Shown here piece after piece: positions 23,088 to 35,100 of a stretch of DNA of 64,000 bases; position 1 is the stretch's first letter; each line of letters starts with the position of its first letter. The translations under genes and the position numbers were made by a program. Source of the stretch: Auanema rhodensis. Lineage: Eukaryota; Animalia; Nematoda. The stretch lies in contig OZ059894.1 in NCBI GenBank assembly GCA_964057225.1, positions 7,750,001 through 7,814,000 of the forward strand, in the 5' to 3' direction. The notes beneath the pieces were generated by a model. The model searched no databases, had not been told where the DNA came from, and was given only the letters and a program-made list of their open reading frames with translations.

Positions 23088-26000
23088 ATGCTCGGCTACC
23101 CGACCACGGCTTCTGCTGCTGCTGTTGCTGCGTCTACAGCCGCCGGCGCCCATATGCACCCGTGAGAATATCAACTTTCAAACTTATTCAGTTTCCAACT
23201 TATAGATCAAGTTACGATCCGCCCTATTCTACACACAGCTCTAGGAGCTCTATGCTTCGGCTCGAAGCTTCTCATAGCTTTCTTCTAGAATCTACCATGC
23301 TTTCATGTCATATTTTCCTTTTTTTCGTAATCCCTGTATTCGATTTAGTAGCCCACCTTCGTTTTGCTAAATTTGCTTTTTCCCAAAAATTTTTACGAAA
23401 TTCGTACAGTACCAAAGTGAAATTTACAGTTTACCATTTTTGGCGTAGTCCAACAGCTTATCCAACTTGAAAATTCAAAATTTCCTTCAATTTTAACCAG
23501 TTTTAACCAGTTTTCGATTTTTTACAGTTCGTGTACAGTCCCTCTAGTTTTGAGGAAACTGTACCAGCTGTGTTCACTCAAGAATATCTAAAGCTATTGC
23601 GGATATTTGAGATGAAGCATTCAAAGCAACCTTATGAAGCTGTGTAGTTTTTCTACATCTCGTACTTGATCTATGAATTGGGAACTAAATTCGTTTTCTA
23701 TTAAAACAAATTAATTCATTTTTAAATTCAGATCAACAACCTCATACTCCGAACAGGAGATCAGCTGTATCTGTGAATCTTTGTTCAACGAAGGATGGCA
23801 AACTGGAAAATACGAACAATTGGTGAGTCTTCATATACTTTTTTGAATTTTTTTGAATTTTTCTGTATTTTTGATTTTTTTATAATTCATTTATCTTTAT
23901 TTTACACCTTTTTTCTCACATAAAATCAATAAGAGTTGCAAGAGCTCTTGACAGTTCATCGATATTGCCAATAGTATTTGGTGTACTGTATTCAGTTTTT
24001 CTACCATTCATGAGACAATGAGTCTGTTTGTTGTTTTTGTGAAAAATGTGTTTTTCTGTTTTTTTGCTTCTAAAAAGGAAATAGCTGTCAAACCTTATGA
24101 GCTTCCTGAGAAGCTTCTTTGATTGGAAAAATATACTGTTGTATCTATGTTGATGATAAGCATTTACCTGACAGCACAATATGATTGGTGCCAGATGACA
24201 TGAATGTCGATGAATTAGACGTGATGCTGTCATTCATTTACTCATCATCTCTCAACTATTCTCTTGTCAACCACAGACAGCCGTGACTACAGTAGTCTAC
24301 GGTGTGCTATGTGCCACATAGCTGTTAGAACACAGACATTGATTGACAAGAATCCTACAAAAAGTTGAAAGCTTAAAGAAAGAAGATGAGAAGAAAAACC
24401 AAGTTAGATATGCTATTAAGCTCATATCCCTAATCTGAGTCTATCTATAGGATCTCACCCTATCATCATATCTCTCTATTTCAACCTAATCATCTTTCTC
24501 TCGTTTTTTGTATCTCTGTCATTAGCTTTCATTAACTTTTTACATCAGATACAGACACTTTCCTTGTCAGTATGTTTAGCTCATTTTGATTGAATGAAGA
24601 TAAATCAGATGATCTTCAATCAAAAACTTGTAGAAAGAAGGGGTTGAAATTTAGAATTTAGAGTATGATCTCTTTTCATGTAGTATTCCATTCATTTCTG
24701 ATATTATTTGATTCAAAAATAAAATAAATTGAACAAATCCTTTTGAGAACATCAATTATCTACCGTAATCTTTGACGCATCTGTTATTGGTTGTGGTAAG
24801 AATGAGAGCACTAACCGCAAATGCATTGACAAACAGACCTTCGGAAAAAAAAAGAAGGAAGATGAAGCGAATGCGAAAATGAGAGAGAGTGGAGAAAAAG
24901 ACAAGAAAAGACACAATAAATTATGAATATTAAAGAGAGAGCGTCAGAGAAAAAGAGAAAGACTGAAAGGTTTATGAAGCCGTCGCCATGATGGCGGAGC
25001 TCCCGCCGGCGACAGAAGATGGAAAGGGAGATGGTGGAGGTGAAACCCGATCCTAAGGCGCCACTCTCGTCGCTATCGTCCCAACGTCCGTCCAATCGTT
25101 TTCCAACTGAGCTCAGTTTGAAGGGAGAATAATGCAGTGTAGTTGATTCACTTCCTGACGATGGAAACCTTTGTTAGCCAATGTATAGCAGAATGATGAA
25201 AAGACGTGGTACTTAGTATTAAAGATGTGAAACGTTCAATGAAATAATGGAAGATCTAGCTTATTTTGAAGCATTTTACTAACTATATGAATATAGTTAA
25301 TGTTGATAATATATTCTAAACTGATTTATGATCAAGCCTAGTACATTACAGTAAGAAATAATGTAGAAAATATCTTCGACAATAACAATCACTTTCTATG
25401 ATTGGTTCATTTCTAGTGATTATTTATACTTATTTTTACAAAAAGAAACTAAAAAATACTTAAATTTATTAAAAAATAATAAATATTAACTGATAATGTT
25501 TATAATATTCTTTTATTTCAGTCGCATTTTCTATGGACAGTGCCTCAGATCTACAGGCAAACCTTAGAAAGTTGCTTGAAGGCAGAGGCTTTACTGTACT
25601 TCAACCAAGGAAATTGGAAGCAATTATACCGGTAAGTGGTAGCGGCATGCTGGAACAAGTTTTGAATTTAATGTTTACAGAGTTTTGGAGAGTAACAAGT
25701 TTTCTCCCCATAATCACCAAATATTACAAGATATGTGGCTGAGAGCACATTATGCTGAGGTTTGTATTTCAAGTTTTAATTTTCAATTTTTCATAATCTT
25801 CTTGAAACATAAAATAAATACGATGTTTCTTGATCACGTATCTCTTACCTAATAAGGTCAGAGTTTGTTTTGACCACTTATCCCATATCACAAGTACCTC
25901 ACTACCACCTTCAAATATTACGCCATAAGACTCCTTAAGATAGCTGTGAATTAACCAAAAATAAATATATTTGAATAAATACATTTTTTTCAGAATATTT

Positions 26001-27914
26001 ATTAATAAAATTATTGATTTTTGTGTTTTTTTAGGCTGAAAAAACTAAAGAACGAGAATTGGGAGCTGTTTGCAAGTACCGTATTCGTAAGAAGAACCCC
26101 TTTCCAAGCACTATTTGGGATGGAGAAGAGACTAACTACTGCTTCAAAGTGGGATTTCTATCTTCTTCTTTTCATTTATTCCTCTTAACCTTTTTTTAAA
26201 TTCAAATAATTTTAGTCAAAATCAAGAAAAGCTCTTCGTGATGCATATGCTCAATCCATGTATCCCTCGGTTGAAGAGAAGAGAAGATTAGCAACCCAAA
26301 CAGAGCTATCAGTCACACAAGTAAGTATTTTTCGTATTTGATAGTTTATTATTTTAATTTTTTAGGTTTCTAATTGGTTCAAAAACAAAAGACAACGGGA
26401 CCGAGCCAATGGAGTACTTGAAAAGTAAGTTTTGAGTTATAAGAATAAGTTTTCGAGCATTCTGTTAATGAGTCTAAGAATCATACCAAGTTTATTTTCA
26501 TTCTACTATAGTACTCCAAGTTTGATGAAAACAGGGACAGACTCCTATTGGGAGGTCAAGTCCTTAACATAGCACCTGGCCAAGTCTAGGCTAGATGTGC
26601 ACATCATGATTGTTAAGGTTATAAGTACCTTTATGCCAACATTATGTGTATCATTGCTCACTCGCAATCAGCTAATCCTATATCTTATGATACTCATAAT
26701 ATTGGCTTAAACACGGTGGTGGTAGCAGCGTATCTGTTTGGTCTGTTGCTGGATTAGTACTTCTTACTGGTTTAAGTACTGCTTGATGATGTCATACATG
26801 CTGTTGACTTCAGTACATAAGGAGAAGTAGACTGAATACGAAAAGAAGAAATGATATGAGAGCTTTAGTTACCCTACTAATAGTTGGGACCAGAAAAAAA
26901 ACATTTTTCCTATATGGGATGACCTGGGGGAGTATTCATTTACATGTTTTTCATTCCCTGGTTCCTTGTTCATTTTAGCAAATTTCTCAAGAAAATAAAG
27001 AAAAAGAATAAGGAAAAGCATGCCGATAACAAAGCTTTTTTCATCTTTTCAACTTTTCTTTGGTATTTTGAGCGGAAATGAAGACATTTAGAAGATGAAG
27101 AATATATGTCTTTAGTGCTGTTGTATACCGTAATTCTCTATCTATCTTTCACTTCTCGCTAGTCTCATCATCAATGATGTAGCTATGAACTAACATTTGC
27201 TTTGTATGGCTCGTTTGTTTAGAGGAGTCAGGACAAGAAGAAGCACGATGATGCTTATAAATAGGTGAAGGAGGACAAAGACTCGTTAACCTCTCACATC
27301 TTTGACGTGTGAGGTAGAGGAGAAAGAAGCTAAGTATCGGCACAGATATGTAGAGTGTAACTAGGGAAGGGAAGAAATGTACAAAAAAAATAAAAAGAAG
27401 AAGGAATCGAGAGATGGAGAGAGAGAAAGAGAGAAAGAAAGAGAGATTGGCTTCAATCTTATATATGTAAAAGAAAAAACCCCATCACCTATTAAGTCAA
27501 TAGCGGTCAACCAGTAGTTGTCCTGCTGAGATCTGTCCATATTTGGATTTACTTAAAACAAAAAAAAACTTCAATGGGTGGTAAAGGCTTTACACAATGG
27601 AATGAATAACATCGTGAACTTTACGACCTCATTGGCATATATTGGGCTGTTGATTCTTGGAAAACATGAGAGTAAATATTCACAACTTCAGAATATTCAT
27701 ATCATTAATTAAATTACTTTTTTTCAGAAATTCGGTTAAATCTGAATCCGATGAAGGATCATCAGGTGGTCGTGATAGCAGACAGAATATGGAATCTACA
27801 CCAACTACCTCGTTCCCTGATGTTGCTCCAGCTTATCAAGGGTATAACTCTGTCGCAGCAGCAGCTTACTTCCCACCTGCTCCATACGAAATGTTCAGTC
27901 TACAGACTCTTTGA
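23088..27914 (+). CDS. ceh-34: Six1/2 class homeobox transcription factor, CEH-34 orthologue
   Basis: Exons 23088-23161, 23732-23822, 25522-25631, 25681-25759, 26035-26148, 26216-26320, 26366-26424, 27728-27914. [49 protein letters not shown] and WFKNKRQR are CEH-34-like residues. Confidence 0.9.
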
Positions 27915-29119
27915 GATAGCTGAAGACTAGCAGTATTTGAGCATATATATCTTAGATGAACTGGTGACAAGAGAAAGACATTCTAATGCATTTGTATGAA
28001 CTTAAATTATTTTATTTTCTTCAAAATCAAAAGATCTGGGTTCTCGATTCAAAAACTACAGCTTTTCTCATCTCATCATCGCACTTCTTTTCTCTTGTAA
28101 ATAGTCTCCAAAGTATATTTTTCTTCGTCAAAGTCCGTGACACAGCCAGCATGGGTAGAGCAGCTTTGCTATTCTATATTCTCGGAAACATTTTCTCTTT
28201 TTTTCTTTTTTTCCTTCATCTAGACCAAATGTGTGTCAAGATTCGCTTTATATAGTTTAAAACTTGAATTTCCTTAACCATATGAGTCATTTCAGCTTTA
28301 ATAATAAATTCATAATCACCGTAATCGTTTGTCACTTAATCAATCAGAATGTCAATTGATAACCATGGCTATGTACTAGTCTTTACTATAATATATAATA
28401 ATATACTATACTGTATAATCTATTGAAAAGTAGGGAAAACGTTTCATTTTCATCTTATTTTACATTTTTGTTATTCGCCATATGATTCTTGTCGCTAGAT
28501 ACAAAATAATTTTGTTTCTTTTTTTTTCTCTTAAAATAATAAAAACAATTATTATTTTATGTCAACACATTTTTTAAAAAAACTTCTCTCTGAGCTTAAA
28601 AATTGTAGAAAAATAGTTAAAAACAAACGAATTTTTAAAGATTTATACTTTACAGATACAGAAGCCATTAACAAAAAGACTTTGATGTACAAAAAATTAT
28701 ACAAAATTAGTATACAAGTCGATGAAATATAAAATGAAGAAAAGTCAAGAAAGAAACACTGAAGAAGCCAGAAAATACCCGTGCAAGAAGTATCAATAGT
28801 CTGACTAGACCTCACATACAAAACAAAGAAAATAAAATATATTTTCTGAATTTAAAATAAAATGTAAAATTCAGATAAGAAAAATGAGATTATTTGATTG
28901 AAAATAAGAAAAAAAATCTGACTAGATAATATGAAAATGAATGAAATCAACACATTCTTCACAGGTAATTTGTATATTTCAAAAGAAATTTTTCAATTTT
29001 AATTTTATAACTATATCATATACATATCATATACATATGTATTTGTATTTTTTTAAATAATAAAAACAAAAAAAATGACAAAAAAATGAGATCTTTCTTG
29101 TGTTAACTATGCTATTATG

Positions 29120-32100
29120 CTAAAATATTAATCGTGATATTAGCCATATTGCTAAAAGTTTTAATGGTTTTAGTAATGTATTAGATGAATTGCATAATGG
29201 ACTATGACATCCACATAACGTTAATCTTGAAGAATCTAATTCTTGTCGTTGTGCTGTTGTCATAAATAGTTCACGTGTTGCTGGTTCTGAAATTTATTTA
29301 TTTTTCTTTTTATAAAATTTTTTTAAAATCAAAACTAACCTATGCATTCTTTAATTTCACCCAATACCCTCACAAGACTGTGGTTATATCCAATAATATC
29401 TGATAAACAACCTCGCATATAGCCATGCCTTCGTCGACCTTAATTAAAAAATTTTATTTCACAATTCAAAGTTGACGAATCTTAATTTTAGATTTTCTAT
29501 CACCCGTTTAATGTCATTTCTCTTGTATTATACTACCTCTCTCTCTTCTATTTATTTTCTCTCAATCTCTTTCTCTTTCTCAATCTCTTGGATTTTCTCT
29601 CTATCTTTTCACTCTATATCTATATACCATCTGCTCTTTTTCAGCTTTTTAATGTAATTGTAACTCAAAAACATTAATTTTCACTGCACTAAGCACACTG
29701 GTTCCAAATGAAACTTTTGAAATTGGTCTTAAACACATTGAAATTCATTGTTAACTGTGTTTTAATTTTATTTTTTTTATTCACGTTATTCTAAATTTCA
29801 AATACTGGTAAAGGTGATATTATAAAACTTGAAAATAAGCTTAGGTATAAGCTTACATTAAATAATTTTCTTCAATGATTATTTTTTTATTTTTTTTTTT
29901 ATTTAAAAATTTAATTCTAACATACCTCCAACGACATCATTTATTCGTAATGTTATACACATATCCGAACAATTTTTTATATATAGATAATTCCTATCAA
30001 GGCTGAAAAATATACAGAATTAATTAAATAAATTGAAAAATTTTGTTATTTATTTCTAAATATTTATTTTTGAATTTTAATTTATGAATTTTATCCTTTA
30101 TTCACTAATGCTACCCCCTTATAGTAACACCAACATTTCTTTTCTAACGCACAGGCTTCCTCTATTAAGCATTCTCAAGCCTATTTGCAGCCACTTGTGT
30201 AAAACTTAAAAAGCTCAACGATTACATCCTAAGCATAACCTGAACGTTATTGAATGAAGTGACTGAAATTCATATCCTATACCCCTAGGGAACTATTTTC
30301 GAATTGCTGACGGATCGAACAAGCTGTGCCTTATACGGCACATGAAGCCCCAGCTCGCACTTACACATTTTCCGGCGGCCGCCAATTCGATTACACAACC
30401 TTGGGCTCAGTCAAAAGGCTATAGATGTGAATATTGACAACTCTTACAGGATGAAGGTTTTTTTTTGTGAATTTGAGGTAGAAAAAGGGTTATTTATTTT
30501 ATTTTTTAATAAATATATTTTGCTTTTAATTAATTTTTTGAAATAATTTGCATAAATACCGAAAATATTAGGATGTTTCATCATACAAAATTAATATTTT
30601 TTACAGATAATTTGATAAATTTAAAAAAATAAGAAAACAAACATACTTATGTCTATCACAATGAACATCAAAAGATAATGGTTTCCGGTATAGATTTGAT
30701 ATGTATTGATAATGATCTTCCAAATACGGACTCATACAGCTATAGCACGGTAACCGGAGAGCTGAAAATAATTTTTTAAAAACTTTATTTATGTTTTTTT
30801 TATTTTTTTTGTTTATTTGTTTATAATTGTTTCTTAAGAAAAAAAACTAAAATGATTTGAACTATCAATGTGTTTACTAGCAAACATGCTTTTGCTTTGT
30901 TCAAAGTTTGACAGGATGAAAAGAATTTTTTTTTGTTTCTATTCATAAACTGAAGTTGGAAATTTTTTTTTATTGTTTAGTTTTTCTTCTTCAAAATTTG
31001 AACAAAATTTTAGTGTTGTTGATATTTGTGTTATTACAAATTATTCAAACTATATGATATTGTCAAAAACTTTAACTATATATATGCTTTTTTTAACTTT
31101 TTTCTAAACTTATTTTCAATAGTAAAGAATTAAGAAAAAGAAAAAGGCTTTCTGAATCTTTTTACAAGACTGCAATTGACAAATATAATTAAATTAAAGA
31201 ATTATATGACAAATTCGTGATTTTGTTATGTGAATGACACTGAATATTATACTCCAAATGTTGCTAATGTTTGAACATTTTTTAAAAATTCTTGTCAAGA
31301 TTTCAATTTATTCTTCTAGATTCTAGTTAATAGAGAGAGTGAGAGAGAGTGAGAGAGAGAGAGAGACAGAAAGAAAAAATTTGTACATATTCATTGAAAA
31401 TACGGTATATTCCCTGGAAATTCATCCATATTCGCAAAATGATCACAGACTTTCAAGTAAAGAATAGGAATAATAGAAACGATTTTTAAAAAGTTTTATG
31501 TTTTGTTTTAGTTTGGTTAAAAGTTTGTACATTAGTTCCCTTAGGAGTAGTTTATATAGGGGCATGTTTGGAAATTCATATTTGACTATATAAGGTATAG
31601 AACAACAAATGTTTTTGATGTTTGTTTACCTAAAAACCTCAAAGAATCCAAGAAAGAAATTATATTTAATTTATCCCCAAAGGAAAATTGTTTCCATTTT
31701 TCAAAGGAAATTCATACATATATCATTATATTATGTGTTTTTTTCTCCTTTTATGCCTTCATATACAGTATGGTGTTGATGATTTAGATGAAAAGTTTCC
31801 AGAAAATATTCGAAAATCTGTATAGTAGAAGATTTGTGATTTTACTCGTCGCTGACTTTGAAAATTTGTAGCAGAAATTCAAAAAGCAGGAACGTTACAA
31901 GTTCACAAAATTTCCTAAACATCCCGCCATTTTCCGATTTTTTCGGAGAAAAAACGATATCAAGCTCGTTGGAATATAAAATTTTCTTTTAAGCACAGGA
32001 TAAGTATGTTCTAGAAAATAAAAAAAATGAGAAAGATAAGAAAAGAAATAGAGAAGAATGTCTAGTACTTGTCTTCTGTCAATTGACTACTACATCCCCT

Positions 32101-35100
32101 TCTCCCCAAGAGATTAAGGAAGTAACAGATGCAAAAAGTGAAAAAGCGAGATGTTTTAACGATAGCAGCACACGGATATTCAAATCTCAATGAGCCATAG
32201 TTTATTGTTTCAAGTATCTGTTCCAGGTTTTGTTTTAATTTTTTGAAAATTGAAATACTTGTATCACATTAGACACACGACAACCTCGTCGTTAATCTTT
32301 TAAGAAAATCCTCAAATCTTAATATATTAAGATTTGCTGTGGTTTTTGAACTAATAGTCTGTCTTGTGGTAACATATTCCGTCAATGTCCGTCAATCTCA
32401 GCAAGCTGACCTCAGACTCAAAAAGGAAATTGGTTCAACTAGACCATGTGCTTCATCCCAGCATCTTATTGAGGTTAAAATTCCATAGCATCAGAAATGA
32501 CGCCGATAAGAGGCAAGAAAATGGAAGAGCATTTGATGGAACAAAAAACTGAAACGCCGATTGGAACAAAAAGTGGAAAAGAAAACAAATTTTCTTGTTA
32601 TTCTGTCAAAAGAAAAATGACCGCGAAGTGATGAAGCTCATGTATGTGACCCTCTTGGGACAATAAGTCGCAGCCTATTTCATTTAAAGAAAGTGACAGA
32701 AAACTGAAACACTCGTATATAATTTAGAATCAGAATAGTCAATAATATTGTTTCTGAAATATTATTTCTAAATTCTCATATTTGCTTTGGCAAATTTGTG
32801 AAATATTTAAGAACAATGCTCAAGTTTCAACACTAAATATTATGTAATATGATGAAAATCCCTCATTCAATACATTTCATTGTAATCAATTTTAGCATTT
32901 AGAAGTAATTGATACGCTAACGAATATTTTTTTTATATCTTAATGTACTAACTATAATTCTGTTGTCCTTTATTTTATTTTTTTAGGATGAAAGAAAAAG
33001 ATAAAAAGACATGTATTCATGAACATAAAAGCGTCATCAGATTGTTAGATATGTCTGTGTTTCATGTAGATTGTACTACAATCGCTATGTCTTTTTCCAT
33101 TTTTCTGGGCTTTCAACTCAGGCTCTTTGTTCTTTGTAAAAAAAAAAGAAAAAATAGATAAGCAAAGGAAGTGGTCACAAGTATAATTAGTTAGTCGAAG
33201 AGCAAATTAAAAGAGTTTGTGCATACACATAGGTGATTGATATTGATAGTTTGACAAATGCTTTTCCTCAATTATTGTTCTTCTCAATACTGTTCTTTAT
33301 TTAATTTTTAATTTATATTATTATATATTGAATATAAGAAGGGATGAAACCTAGTTAAGAAATTATCGAAAAAGGGTTAGGAAATGGAAAACGAATAGAA
33401 TCATGTATATCATGAAGAGGAGCAAATGTATTGAGAGAGAAAATTTGAAGAAGAGTGTTACATCCAACCCATGTTTTGCCCAAATTGAGAAATGCCAAAG
33501 AGTTTCGCTTTGAAAAGCTAGATAAGAGGATTGAAGTCAAACTACTGCGTCCATAATGTAATGAATATCCGTACGGATTGCTACTTCATCTTGGCAACAA
33601 GATGACGGAAACTCGGTAACGGCCTGACAAACCTGATTAGGTGGCAGATTTAGTCGAAATGAGTTATATGTGCAGCTAATAGGCTTTAAACTCTAATTAA
33701 ATATCCAACCAAGCTGGTCCCCGTGAACATATTGCGTATATAACAGCATTTTATTAGTTTATTTGAACAAGTTTGACCATGTTTCAAGCCGGTGGAAAAA
33801 GCAGTAATACTGCAGGGTGCACGAATTGGAAAGGTCAAAAGCAGTTGGAGCCAGTTTGGCGAAACCAATTTGACATCTCAGCTCATATAATGTTTATGGT
33901 TGAGAGGATTGGTAAGCAAACAGTTTAAAATACTTTAGAAATTTGAATCAAAAGATATAAGAAACTTAAAAATGTTCATTGAAGTATATATAGATCTGTA
34001 TTCATGTGTATAGTTAGGAAGTGAGAAAAAAAATTTGAAAATGAGTGCAATACACCTTTCCGGAACTCGGAACTGGCTTCTCGTACATAGTATATGCATC
34101 TCTATTCTTCCTTCTATTCTTTTTTTACACTATATTGTACTTCCAGCACTATATATTCGTTTCTTTACTTGTAAATGTTGTTGTACATTCACTTACATCA
34201 AGAGCCTGAGGGCATTTTGTCGGATGTGATGGGGTGAAGAGAGAAGCCGTCGTCGTGTCAAGACACAACGACAGCCTAATCGAGGCAATCATGTTTTCTT
34301 CTACATCTACGGCTGTTTTCTCTGTCTCATCGCTCAACAGACGAACCTTTTTCTGATTTGTACGAGCCTCGCGAAATCAACGCCAAGATGTTTTCTTCGA
34401 ATTTGTAGAGAAAGAGGTTGCAGAGAAATATAAGGTTGAAGTCGAGATGCTCATAGCTTCTTGCATCACACTGATCATTACAGCTTCTTTTCATCTTTTG
34501 CTTAGAAGTCATAGGTCACAAGAATACATGTCATCAACATCAAATAGTATTCTGATGACTTTATGTGATTGTAAATACATTTTAGAACAACAAACAACAT
34601 AATGTAATCGTGTAATGAGAAAACATTAAACGGAAATGATGTCATCATATGAAGAAGTTTTAACGGACAATTTTCATTCTCTATTACTTTTCTCGTAATT
34701 AATTTCCTGTAAAGTTATTCATTTTTCAATAAAATGTAAAAAAAACTCATGAGTGTTTGAGATGAACACTGAAGATTCAGATGAGAAGATAAGACAATTT
34801 TCATGAAATTAAAGAATCTAGGCGTGATTATTCAATCGGAAAACTAGTCCGATAAACTGCAAAAAAAGCAAAAAAAAAGAACAAAATATCATAAGTATAC
34901 ATAAAATATTACGTCGCTTTTAAATAATTTTACAATATCTTATTATTGGATTGAAACAAAAAATGTGCTTCTGAGGTTTTGCAAAAATAATCTTTTGTTC
35001 GAAACAATGTTGAAGCTTTCAGCTTATGCTTTCAAGTAAAGTCGGGAAAGTTGAAACTTGCTTCATTAAAATAAAGACATTTAGTATTACCTGATGAAAA

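Noticed and set aside
31842-31922. Signal-peptide-like MFRKFCELVTFLLFEFLLQIFKVSDE upstream of odr-2
   Set aside because: Available donors are phase 0 or 2, not the phase 1 needed at 30761, and the frame ends in TAA.
34191-34337. Perfect GTAAGT donor on the minus strand as another odr-2 leader
   Set aside because: The phase-1 frame has TGA directly before the donor; the open frame is phase 0. A non-coding exon cannot be excluded.
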